Shown: piece by piece, positions 1 to 8,442 of the stretch
Position numbering within the stretch: position 1 is the first letter of the stretch
How the letters are laid out: each line of letters opens with the position of its first letter
Origin: Candidatus Limnocylindria bacterium
Lineage (GTDB): Bacteria > Chloroflexota > Limnocylindria > QHBO01
Length of the DNA stretch: 53,349 bases
NCBI GenBank assembly: GCA_041499395.1
Contig: JBGQKH010000002.1
Span: 1 to 53,349, forward strand
Reading direction: 5' to 3'
The notes under the pieces: model-generated
What the model saw: only the letters and a program-made list of their open reading frames with translations
What the model was told of the DNA's origin: nothing
Databases searched by the model: none
Program-made: the position numbers and the translations under genes

Positions 1-1
1 C

Positions 2-730
2 GACGACCTGCTGCCGGTCGCCCGCCGCCTCTATCGGCGGATCCTGGGCGGTGCCCGGCTGGCCGATGTCGAGGCAGGCGTGCTGGGCGTCGTGCGCTCC
101 TCGGACTGTCCGGGCAGCGAGGTGCCCTCGCGCTACTTCGGCTACCTGCGCGGCGGGTCCCCCGACCTGCTGACCGACGTGCTCGACCACAACCTCCAGG
201 ACATCGTCTCCCTGGCGCTCCTCGAGGCGGAGTTCACTCAGCTGCGTGCCGGTGGCTGGCGAGTGGCAGCCGTGCTCGATCGGCACGGGATGGCCGTGGA
301 GCTCCTCCGCCACGGCGCGACCGACGAGGCGCTCGAGGTGGTCGAGGCCGCCATGGCACCCGGCGTCGACCAGGACCGCGCTCACTCCCTGCGACGCATG
401 GCAACCCGACTGCTCCTCAGCGCTGGCGAAGTGGACCGCGCCGAGGCCCTCTGGACCGCGGCTACGCGGCGAGCCTCGACCGATGCCGCCGCCGCCTGGC
501 TCGAGGTCGCCCGCATCCGCGAGCGCCACCGAGGCGACCTGCACGGGGCGCTCGAGGCGGCGGCGACTGCATCCCGCGTCCTCGACGTCGCGTTCGCGCT
601 GGGTCGAGGTGGCGGGATCCTCGCCATCGGCCAGGTGCGCATCAGGGTCGAGGCCAGGCTCCGCCGGTTGCGACGTTGGGTCGCCGCGGCCGAGCGGCGC
701 CGCAACAGGGCGCTCGCAGCGAACGCCTAG
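2..730 (+). CDS. partial CDS (N-terminus outside window): RNase H-fold exonuclease-like C-terminal region plus Ala/Arg-rich helical tail
   Basis: The frame of track ORF 80..730 stays open back to base 2. The HNLQDIVSLALLE segment resembles the last conserved motif of YprB/RNase_H_2-type exonuclease folds, and the rest looks like helical repeats. Family call rests on motif memory only. Confidence 0.4.
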   Translation, partial: DDLLPVARRLYRRILGGARLADVEAGVLGVVRSSDCPGSEVPSRYFGYLRGGSPDLLTDVLDHNLQDIVSLALLEAEFTQLRAGGWRVAAVLDRHGMAVELLRHGATDEALEVVEAAMAPGVDQDRAHSLRRMATRLLLSAGEVDRAEALWTAATRRASTDAAAAWLEVARIRERHRGDLHGALEAAATASRVLDVAFALGRGGGILAIGQVRIRVEARLRRLRRWVAAAERRRNRALAANA

Positions 731-1570
731 CGGCGGGTCCCCAGGTAAGCCGCCGCGCCTTCCATGGCCGCGGCGACGGCCTCTTCGGGGTTCAGGGCGT
801 CAGCGAGGGCGATCGCGAACAGCCCCGCAAAGGCGTCGCCCGCACCGACCGTCGAGATCGCCTCGAGTCGGCGCGGGACGGGCAGGTGCCGGATCCCGGG
901 GCCGCGGTCGATCAGCCAGGTTCCTTCAGCGCCCGTCGTGAGGGCCAGCAACGGGCGCGGGCCGACGGCGGCTCGCAGCGACGCGAGCTGACGCCGTGGG
1001 TTGCCCGCCACATCGTTCAGGGTCGTCGTCGCTGACCACGAGCGCATCGAGGTCGGCGAGCGCCGCAGTGAGCTCGTCGCCCAGCTCGGAGAGCGGCATC
1101 GGTCGGGCCTCGTCGCCCGCGACCAGGCGACGCAGCCACCCCTGGAGCGCGGCCACCCGGGTCGGAATCACCTTGCTGGCCCGTACCGTGGCGACCGGGA
1201 CCTCGCCCGCGACGGGGGCGAGGAGCACGGCCCGCGGGGCGAGGTCCGACAGCTGAGAATCGAGGGCACGCACCATGCTCCCCTTCCCCTCCAGCAGCAG
1301 CCGGCGAGCACCTCCTTCGTGGTGGATGGCGAATCGGATCGACGCGGCCGTGGCCGAGGCGAGGCAGGGTCCGAGCGAGATGAGCTCGGCGACGGCGGCG
1401 CGCGCCTCCGGCTCGGGTCCGGCGGCCGTGATGGTGGCCACCCGTCGGCCGGCGCCGGCCGCCGCCCGCGCTGCGTGCAGCACCGAGCCACCCGCAACCG
1501 TCGAGCCGTCGGCGAGGCGGTCGAGCGTCAGGCCGCCGACGATGAGCAGGTCCGGCCGGCCGGGTATCAT
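727..1570 (-). pseudogene. PfkB-family (ribokinase-like) sugar kinase, split by a 1-nt frameshift near 1020-1023
   Basis: Track ORF 926..1606 gives the N-terminal part (LLIVGGLTLD..., likely start MIPGRPD at 1570). Track ORF 727..1047 gives the C-terminal part with the PfkB signature STVGAGDAFAG. The two frames join as ...DALVVSDDD / LNDVAGNP... at a CCC run (minus strand). Confidence 0.65.
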
Positions 1571-1576
1571 CGGGGC

Positions 1577-1903
1577 ATGATGCGACTCTTCTTCTACGAG
1601 CTGCACGAGGGCGCCACCGACCTCCTGACCGACGCGATCCTCGTCAGCGACGCCGAGTACAGCCCGGAGGCGTTCGCCGCCCTAGTGGTGGCGGCCCGGG
1701 CGGCGGTGGTCGATACCTTCGAAGAGGACACCCTGGTGGAAGCGATCGCGCGCGAGCTCGAGCGCCGCCACGGCTTCAGCTTCGCCAGCGACGAGAAGCT
1801 CACCGCCAGCATGGCTGTAGGACTCGAAGCGGACGACACCTTCCTCGTCGAGACGAGCACCGAGTTCCGCAGCCTGATCGCGGAGGTCGACCTCTCGTCC
1901 TAG
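1577..1903 (+). CDS. small acidic hypothetical protein (108 aa)
   Basis: This is the C-terminal part of track ORF 1001..1903, starting at ATGATG 1577. Composition is protein-like (MMRLFFYELHEGATDLL...), unlike the Arg/Gly-rich upstream part, which is antisense to the kinase. No family recognised. Confidence 0.45.
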   Translation: MMRLFFYELHEGATDLLTDAILVSDAEYSPEAFAALVVAARAAVVDTFEEDTLVEAIARELERRHGFSFASDEKLTASMAVGLEADDTFLVETSTEFRSLIAEVDLSS

Positions 1904-1915
1904 GGTCTCGCAGCC

Positions 1916-3010
1916 TCAGCGCGCGACGTTGAAGAGCACCTCGATGACGTCGCCGTCACGGACCGAGTAGGTCTTGCCCTCGGAGCGCAGCAGGCCGCGT
2001 TTGCGCGCCTCGGCCATGCTGCCGCACGCCATCAGGTCGTCGAAGGTGACCACCTCGGCGCGGATGAAGCCGCGCGCCAGGTCGCTGTGGATCGCTCCCG
2101 CCGCGTCCACGGCGTTGGCCCCGGAGCGGAGGGTCCAGGCGCGACACTCATCAGGCCCGGCCGTGAAGAACGAGAAGAGGCCGAGCAGCGCATAGGTGAG
2201 TCGGATCACCCGGCCGCGGCTCGGCTCGGCGATGCCCAGGTCCTCCATGAAGAGCGCCGCGTCCTCGGCAGAGAGCTGCGCCACCTCGGCCTCGATCTTG
2301 CCCCCGAGGGCAGCAACGTCGCTCTGCGGGATCGGGTAGCGGGATCGGCCTGCCGTCTCGAGCTCCCCTGCCGCGGAGAGGCGTCCCTCGTCGATGTTGA
2401 GCACCACCAGGACCGGCTTCTGGGTCAGGAATCGGTAGCCGCGCAATCGCAGCTCATCGTCATCGGTCAGGTGCACCGCGCGCAGCGGGTGACCGGCCGA
2501 CAGCTCCGGCTCGAGGCGGGCCAGCAGCTCCTCCTCGCGGGCGTTCTCCTCGCGCTCCGCCGGCGACCCGTGACGGCCCGAGGTGCGCAGCTTCTCGAGG
2601 CGCTTCTCGATGACGGTCAGATCGGCGATCGCGAACTCGAGGTCGAGCTCCTCAACATCGCGCCAGGGGTCGGGCGCGCCTTCTCCTCCCCCACCCTCGA
2701 AGGCGCGGGCCACGTGGAGCAGCGCGTCCGCGTTGCGGATGAGCGCGAGGTGATCCGGGTTGACCGTCCCCTCCCGCGCGGCGCCGGCCGGAATCGCGAC
2801 GTCGACGTAGGTCACGTCGGCTGGAGTTGTCTTGTGCGGGCTGAAGAGGGCCGAGAGGCGGTCGAGGCGATCATCGGGGACCTTCACGACCCCCAGGTTC
2901 GGCGCGGCCCGGCCCCCCGAGAAACCGCCGGTGTCGGCGTGCGCACCGGTCAGCGCGTTGAAGACGGTCGTCTTGCCGCTCCCCGGCAGCCCGACGATGG
3001 TGACCTGCAC
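1916..3010 (-). CDS. ychF: ribosome-binding ATPase YchF (Obg-family GTPase fold)
   Basis: N-terminal P-loop VGLPGSGKTTVFNALT, C-terminal TGS-like end ...YSVRDGDVIEVLFNVAR, and a typical length of 364 aa. Confidence 0.93.
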   Translation of the reverse strand: MQVTIVGLPGSGKTTVFNALTGAHADTGGFSGGRAAPNLGVVKVPDDRLDRLSALFSPHKTTPADVTYVDVAIPAGAAREGTVNPDHLALIRNADALLHVARAFEGGGGEGAPDPWRDVEELDLEFAIADLTVIEKRLEKLRTSGRHGSPAEREENAREEELLARLEPELSAGHPLRAVHLTDDDELRLRGYRFLTQKPVLVVLNIDEGRLSAAGELETAGRSRYPIPQSDVAALGGKIEAEVAQLSAEDAALFMEDLGIAEPSRGRVIRLTYALLGLFSFFTAGPDECRAWTLRSGANAVDAAGAIHSDLARGFIRAEVVTFDDLMACGSMAEARKRGLLRSEGKTYSVRDGDVIEVLFNVAR

Positions 3011-3013
3011 CGG

Positions 3014-3991
3014 CTAGTACCCGGCCTCCAGGTCAACCACGTTCTCGAGCGGCTCTCCGGCGGCGAAGCGGCGCAGGTTGGCCAGGAACAGGTCGAGCGA
3101 GCGATCCACGACCCGGTCGCTCGACCACGAGGTGTGCGGCGTGATGATCAGGTTGGGCGTGTCGTAGAGCGGCGAGTCGGGCGGGAGCGGCTCCTCGTTG
3201 AAGACGTCGAGCACCGCGCCACCGATCCAGCCCGACTCGAGGGCGCGGCGCAGCGCCAGCTCGTCGAGGAGCCGGCCGCGGGCGATGTTGATCAGCCAGG
3301 CGTGCTCGGGCATCTCCTGCAGCTGGGCCGCGCCGATCATCCCGGCGGTGTCATCGGTGAGCGGCGCCGCCACGACCACGATGTCGCTGCGCCGCAGCAG
3401 CTCGTCGAGCTGGTCGAGCCCGAGCAGCTCGACGTTCGGCTGGTCACCGGCCCCGCGTTCCGGGTGCCGGCGGGTCGCCAGCACGTGCGACTCGAAGGGG
3501 ACCAGCAGGCGGGCGACCTCGGCGCCGATGCTGCCGAAGCCGACGATCCCGATCGTCATCCCGCCGAGCTCGGTGCCCCTCAGGGGCTGCCAGGTCCGCT
3601 CGCGGCCGAGCTCCAGCAGCTGCGGAAGCCGCCGAGCGATGGCGAGGCACATCATCACCACGTACTCGGCGATCGGCCGCGAGAAGACCCCGCGGGCGTT
3701 GGTGACGGTCAGGCCCCGCTCGCGCACCACCGGGGTGGCAACGCGGTCGACGCCGGCCGAGAAGGAGTGGATCCACTCCAGCTTCGCGGCTCGGCCGACG
3801 ATGTGATCGAGCACCGACGCCGGCACCCCACCCCGCAGCAGCACTCGCGCCGAGCCGAGCGCCGCCTCGGCGTCATCGTGGACGAGCCCCTCGCGCGACA
3901 TCTGGACGACGCGGACGCCGGGCACCGCCTCCAGTCGCGCCGCGTGCTCGGCGGAGAGCGGCGCGCCGAAGATCGGGGTCGCCAGGATCAC
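3014..3991 (-). CDS. D-isomer-specific 2-hydroxyacid dehydrogenase family, NAD-binding
   Basis: Rossmann motif GIVGFGSIGAEVARLL, followed by NIARG and PHTSWSS motifs typical of the family. Confidence 0.88.
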   Translation of the reverse strand: MILATPIFGAPLSAEHAARLEAVPGVRVVQMSREGLVHDDAEAALGSARVLLRGGVPASVLDHIVGRAAKLEWIHSFSAGVDRVATPVVRERGLTVTNARGVFSRPIAEYVVMMCLAIARRLPQLLELGRERTWQPLRGTELGGMTIGIVGFGSIGAEVARLLVPFESHVLATRRHPERGAGDQPNVELLGLDQLDELLRRSDIVVVAAPLTDDTAGMIGAAQLQEMPEHAWLINIARGRLLDELALRRALESGWIGGAVLDVFNEEPLPPDSPLYDTPNLIITPHTSWSSDRVVDRSLDLFLANLRRFAAGEPLENVVDLEAGY

Positions 3992-4002
3992 GATCTCGTC
4001 GC

Positions 4003-5175
4003 TCAGCTGACGCGTCCCTCCGGTCGGTGCCCCTCGATGCGATCGATCCAGCGCTGCGGATGACGGATCTCGGCCAGATCGGGAAGCGTCGCGGGACCCT
4101 CCCAGACGCGGTTGAGGAAGGCCCGGTCGCGCGCCGCCAGCACGGCCGCCACGAACCGCTCACCGGCGACGTACTGCTCCATCTTCAGGTCGAGCCCCGT
4201 GATGCGCATGATCGCGCGCTCCATCGCGCCGCGCGCCTCGTTGCGCCGCTCGAAGCGCTCGTGGAGCCGCGCGAAGCCGGGCAGCAGCCGCTCGCCGGCG
4301 AAGTTCATGACGTGGTTCGAGTACCCCTCGAGCAGTGACATGAGCGCCTGGGTCCGGCGGAATGACGCGAGCTGGGCGGGGCTCATCATCCGCTCCAGCC
4401 AGTGGCCGCCTCGTCCCCGCAACGCGCCGCGCAGCCGTTCGCCCAGCCCGCCGGAGTCGGCGGCGAGCAGCTCGATCGCCTCGCCAACCGCGCTCGCGAA
4501 GTGATCGCGCAGCCACGGATAGGCCTCGAACTCGAAGGCGTGGGTCGCCTCGTGCAGCGCGATGAAGGTGCGGAACTGGTCGGGCGCGACACCGAGCGCG
4601 GCGGCCGTGACGGCGATGTTCGGCTCCACGAAGTTCAGGCGCCCGCGGACCGAGGGCGAGGCGGCGAGCAGGCTGACGTCGTACTGGCCGAGCACCTTGC
4701 GCGCCAGGAATGCCATCAGCAGCCCGAGCTGCTGGTTGCCGAGAGACCGATTCACGATCCGTGCGACGGCGCGGCCCGGCGTGTCGACTCCGGTCGTCGC
4801 CTGGGTCACGATCCGCTCGACCCGCTCGAAGAGCTGCTCGAAGGTCGCGATGTTCAGGTCGATCCACTCGAGCCGATCGATCACTGCCGGGGTCTCGAGC
4901 GCGCGCGGCAGGTCCGCGCCGATCGCCTCGGCCACCACGGGCTCGATGCGGAGCAGCTCGGCGCGATAGAAGGCCTCAGCCTCGGCTCGCTCGGCGGCGG
5001 TCAGCGTCGCACCCGCCTGCCCGAGGCGGCGACGCGCGATCCGGCGCACCGACTCCCAGTCGATGAGGCGGGTCCCGGCGTGGCGCATCAGCTCGCGCTG
5101 GACGACCGTGGCGCCCATCGCCAGCAGGCCTCCCACGACGATCCCCATCCCGAGCCGGCTGGCGCTGCGTGGCAT
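4003..5175 (-). CDS. DUF2342-type zinc-dependent metalloprotease-like hydrolase (actinobacterial family)
   Basis: HEATHAFEFEAYPWLRDHF (HExxH) plus the overall sequence pattern of the DUF2342 family. Leaderless-type start (see the -10 box at 5182-5187). Confidence 0.75.
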   Translation of the reverse strand: MPRSASRLGMGIVVGGLLAMGATVVQRELMRHAGTRLIDWESVRRIARRRLGQAGATLTAAERAEAEAFYRAELLRIEPVVAEAIGADLPRALETPAVIDRLEWIDLNIATFEQLFERVERIVTQATTGVDTPGRAVARIVNRSLGNQQLGLLMAFLARKVLGQYDVSLLAASPSVRGRLNFVEPNIAVTAAALGVAPDQFRTFIALHEATHAFEFEAYPWLRDHFASAVGEAIELLAADSGGLGERLRGALRGRGGHWLERMMSPAQLASFRRTQALMSLLEGYSNHVMNFAGERLLPGFARLHERFERRNEARGAMERAIMRITGLDLKMEQYVAGERFVAAVLAARDRAFLNRVWEGPATLPDLAEIRHPQRWIDRIEGHRPEGRVS

Positions 5176-5181
5176 GCGCGG

Positions 5182-5187
5182 AGTCTA
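5182..5187 (-). promoter_or_regulatory. -10 box TAGACT, 6 nt upstream of ATG 5175 (leaderless-type promoter); overlaps the murI stop codon
   Basis: The minus strand reads TAGACT-ccgcgc-ATG. The same hexamer occurs upstream of the valS leader, tRNA-Leu and the 13.1-kb non-coding interval. Confidence 0.4.
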
Positions 5188-6009
5188 GTCGGCCGTGACC
5201 GCCGCCTGCTCGACCGAGGGCAGGGCCGCCCCGAAGACGGTCCCCGCCACCGCCGTGAAGGTCGCCACGTCGCCGGTCGTGACGATCCGGTTGGCCCCTG
5301 GGCCCTCGCTCGCCGTCCGCCCGCCGAGGGCGTCGAGCAGGTCCTCCGTGGCCAGCGCCGTGGTGAAGGCCGAGTCGACCACGGCGACCCCCGGCCCGGC
5401 CACCTGCTCGATCAGCGGGCGGAGGAGCGGATAGTGGGTGCAGCCGAGGAGGAGGGTGTCGATCTGTCCGTCCGCGGCGAAGAGCTCGGCCAGGTAGCCG
5501 CGCACGGCGCCCTCGGCGATCGGGCCGGAGAGCTGGCCCGCCTCGACCATCGGCACCAGCTCGGGACAGGCGAGCTGCGTGACCGCCAGCCCGGGATCGG
5601 CCTCCCCGACCGCAGCGGCATAGGCCCCCGACGCCACGGTGCCGGCGGTCGCGATCACCCCGACGTGGCCAGCGCGCGTCGAGGCGGCGGCGGCGACCGC
5701 GCCCGGCCGCACGACGCCGAGGACCGGCACGCTGGCGACCTGGCGCACGAGGGGCAGCGCCTGCGAGGTGGCCGTGTTGCAGGCAAGGACCAGCAGCTTC
5801 ACGTCCTTGGCGAGGAGCCAGGCCACGGACTCGAGGGTGTACGCGCGGACCTCATCCGCGGGGCGTGGCCCGTACGGGGCTCGGGCGTTGTCGCCAAGGT
5901 AGATGGTCGACTCGGCCGGCAGCCGGCGCCGCAGCTCGGCCAGCACGGTCAGGCCACCGACGCCCGAATCGAAGACGCCGATCGGTCGTGGGTCGGCGTG
6001 GAACCCCAC
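5185..6009 (-). CDS. murI: glutamate racemase
   Basis: VFDSGVGGLTVL, the LACNTA catalytic Cys region and the LGCTHYP second Cys region. Confidence 0.93.
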   Translation of the reverse strand: MGFHADPRPIGVFDSGVGGLTVLAELRRRLPAESTIYLGDNARAPYGPRPADEVRAYTLESVAWLLAKDVKLLVLACNTATSQALPLVRQVASVPVLGVVRPGAVAAAASTRAGHVGVIATAGTVASGAYAAAVGEADPGLAVTQLACPELVPMVEAGQLSGPIAEGAVRGYLAELFAADGQIDTLLLGCTHYPLLRPLIEQVAGPGVAVVDSAFTTALATEDLLDALGGRTASEGPGANRIVTTGDVATFTAVAGTVFGAALPSVEQAAVTAD

Positions 6010-6017
6010 GATGTCGG

Positions 6018-7163
6018 TCAGCGTCGCGCGGCGGCGGTCGAGCGCGAGGGGATCCGTGAGCCGATGGAGGTGGCCATCTGCCGGATCCCCTGCGAGATCG
6101 GCGCCTCGGGGCTCGCCAGCACGAACGGGACGCCCTCGTTGTTGGCGGCGATCACGAGGCGGCCGTCGGAGACGATCTCGTAGTCGATCCGGCGATTGAG
6201 CGCCTCCTCCACATCGGCCTTGCTGAATCCGCCGGTCGAGTCGGATCGGTTGAGGACGGTGGCCAGCTTGGAGGCCGGGTAGCCGATCGCAGCGAACGCC
6301 TCGTCCGCCATCGCCAGGCTTCGGATCGCCATGCTGTCATAGGCAAGCACCTCGAGGATCAGGTCCGATGCGTCGAGGAAGGCGAGCACGTCGTCGGAGA
6401 GGGCAGCGCGGGTGTCGACCACGATCACGTCGTAGATCTGGCGAATCATCGAGAGCGCCTTCTCGATGTCGCGCACCGTCACCATCTCCGCCATCTCGAT
6501 GCGTGGCGGGGCGAGGAGCACGTCGATCCCGGACGGGTCCTTCCAGAGCACGTCGGCCAGGTCGACGTCACGGATCTTATCGGTCGGCAGGTTGACGATC
6601 GACGGTGCCGCCGCCGGGGCGCGAAGGAGGCCGCGCAGGTCGCTGAACTGCATCGATCCGTCGATCAGGCAGACCTTGTGGTCGATGCCGAAGGCGACCG
6701 CAAGGTTGTAGGAGAGGGTCGTGCGACCGACGCCGCCCTTCGGGGAGAAGAGGGTGATCATCGCCGAGGCGTTGCGACCGCCCCCCTCGGTGCTGGCCTC
6801 ATGCACCTTGCGCACCATGGTGGTGAGATCGAAGCCGGAGAAGGGCATCTTCAGGACCGCATCGATCCCGCGCGCCGCATCCTCCGAGATCGGGTTCTGC
6901 GGCACCGTCAGCACGATCACCGAGACGGTCGGCTCGCCGTGGCGAACCTGCTCGGCGACCTGCATCCCAGAGATTCGGCCCTGGAGCAAGGCGTCGACGA
7001 TCAGGACGTCGGGACGCAGCTCGCTGACTGCCGCGAGGGCGTGCTCGCCCGACGTGACCACCTCGAGCATTTTGATCTGGGCCTGGGCCTGCAGCAGCGA
7101 GCGCATGTGCATCGCGACCTGCGGCACATCCTCGACCACCAGCAGCCGGATCTGCTCAGCCAA
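6018..7163 (-). CDS. response-regulator receiver domain fused to a MinD/ParA-type (CpaE/TadZ-like) ATPase
   Basis: The N-terminus (LLVVEDV...DVLIVDALL...KMPF) is receiver-like with acidic pocket residues present. The C-terminal deviant Walker A is FSPKGGVGRTTLSYNLAVAF. Confidence 0.82.
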   Translation of the reverse strand: MAEQIRLLVVEDVPQVAMHMRSLLQAQAQIKMLEVVTSGEHALAAVSELRPDVLIVDALLQGRISGMQVAEQVRHGEPTVSVIVLTVPQNPISEDAARGIDAVLKMPFSGFDLTTMVRKVHEASTEGGGRNASAMITLFSPKGGVGRTTLSYNLAVAFGIDHKVCLIDGSMQFSDLRGLLRAPAAAPSIVNLPTDKIRDVDLADVLWKDPSGIDVLLAPPRIEMAEMVTVRDIEKALSMIRQIYDVIVVDTRAALSDDVLAFLDASDLILEVLAYDSMAIRSLAMADEAFAAIGYPASKLATVLNRSDSTGGFSKADVEEALNRRIDYEIVSDGRLVIAANNEGVPFVLASPEAPISQGIRQMATSIGSRIPSRSTAAARR

Positions 7164-8001
7164 CCCTCTCCTCTTGCGACTCGGACGCCGCGGGCTCGTA
7201 CCTCACGACAACAATACGGCGCCCGCTCTCCCGTCCAAGCGGCTCGAGGTCGTGTGAGCCGTAGCTCAGCTCGACCACCATCCCCGCCTGCCCAACGAGC
7301 GCGGCGAGCGCCTCAGGAGATGGATACCAGAGCTTATGACTGGCCGGAAGCCGCGCTATCGTACCATCGGGCTGTACTGCATCCGCGATCGTCGAGAAGG
7401 CGACGCGAAGGCCTTCCGGTGACTCCCGACGGATCAGCTCGCTGCGGCGCACCACCTCGCGGCCATGGAGCTCCCGGCGCCAATCGATCGACAGGGGGAG
7501 GTCGCGCACGGGCATCGCCGCGGGACCCAGGTCGTCGATCACGAGGCGTCCGCCCCGGCCCAGCAGGGAGCGCACTCCGCCAAGCAGGCGCAGCGCATCC
7601 TCCGGCCCGTCGAGGTGCGGGAAGACGCCGACGGCGATTGCCAGGTCGAACCGCTCCCGGATGTTGAGGGTGGCGAGCGCCCGGACGTCCCCGCGAAGGA
7701 GTGCCAGCCGGCCCTCGGCGGCAGCCGTCGACAGCGTCGGATCGCCCGTGATCCGCCTCTCGGCGCGGCGCAGCAGGGCCGCCGAGCCATCGATCCCGAC
7801 CAGTCGAGCCGCGCCGCCCTCGAGCAGCGCCGGGAAGAGGCGCCCCGAGCCACAGCCGAGGTCGAGGACTCGCCCGCCGCCGAGGCGCACCTGCTCGCGC
7901 CAGAAGGTCCTGTCCTCGGTGACCTGGTCGTGCTCCAGGTCGTAGATCTCGGCCAGCAGGTCCTCGTCGCCAGGCTGCGACGCGAAGATGTCGGCCGTCA
8001 C
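7156..8001 (-). CDS. class I SAM-dependent methyltransferase (small-molecule/protein type)
   Basis: VLDLGCGSGRL motif I. I trimmed the track ORF 7156..8106 to GTG 8001 so that it follows the stop of the upstream membrane gene (8015). The stop overlaps the next gene's start by 8 nt. Confidence 0.75.
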   Translation of the reverse strand: MTADIFASQPGDEDLLAEIYDLEHDQVTEDRTFWREQVRLGGGRVLDLGCGSGRLFPALLEGGAARLVGIDGSAALLRRAERRITGDPTLSTAAAEGRLALLRGDVRALATLNIRERFDLAIAVGVFPHLDGPEDALRLLGGVRSLLGRGGRLVIDDLGPAAMPVRDLPLSIDWRRELHGREVVRRSELIRRESPEGLRVAFSTIADAVQPDGTIARLPASHKLWYPSPEALAALVGQAGMVVELSYGSHDLEPLGRESGRRIVVVRYEPAASESQEERVG

Positions 8002-8014
8002 GCCGCCCCCAGGC

Positions 8015-8422
8015 TCACGGGAGGTCGAAGCGGCGCACCGCGAACCATTCGACGGCCACTGCCAGGCTGACGAGGAAGAGCCCGATCGGCATCGACAGGG
8101 CCCCACCCAGCCGCAGCCCGGCCAGCGCCGCGACGGCGACGGCGACGATCAGGCCCCGGCGCGCGGCACGCGCCCAGGCGCCGCGGTACAGGATGCGACG
8201 TCGCACCGCGAACTCGGCGAGGAGCGCGAACGGCGTCACAGCAAGGCCCACCATCGTCGCGGCAAGCGCCACCACCACGGCTCGGTTGAATCCCGCCTCG
8301 GGACAGGGGCTCGACGGCGTGTCGGCCGGGCAGGCGCTTCCGGCAAAGGCGACCAGGACGACCGCCGAGAGCACGGCCAGCAGGACAAGCGCCGCGACTG
8401 CGACGCGGGTGCGACCGGTCAA
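8015..8422 (-). CDS. hypothetical integral membrane protein (about 4 TM segments)
   Basis: Hydrophobic stretches VAVAALVLLAVLSAVVLVAF, VVVALAATMVGLAV, LIVAVAVAALAGL and IGLFLVSLAVAV. Sits between two co-directional genes with short gaps. Confidence 0.55.
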   Translation of the reverse strand: MTGRTRVAVAALVLLAVLSAVVLVAFAGSACPADTPSSPCPEAGFNRAVVVALAATMVGLAVTPFALLAEFAVRRRILYRGAWARAARRGLIVAVAVAALAGLRLGGALSMPIGLFLVSLAVAVEWFAVRRFDLP

Positions 8423-8442
8423 CGCCGATCAGCCATGCGAGC

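Noticed and set aside
1015-1030. Programmed ribosomal frameshift in the PfkB kinase
   Set aside because: There is no slippery heptamer or downstream structure of the usual kind. An indel at a CCC run (mutation or assembly error) is the simpler explanation.
2087-4063. 658-aa ORF on the plus strand
   Set aside because: It lies antisense to ychF and the 2-hydroxyacid dehydrogenase, both of which have unmistakable motifs. Its product is Arg/Gly/Ala/Pro-rich with no motif. This is the typical stop-poor antisense frame of high-GC DNA.
4402-6183. 593-aa ORF on the plus strand
   Set aside because: Antisense to the DUF2342 and murI genes, with low-complexity Arg/Gly/Asp composition.
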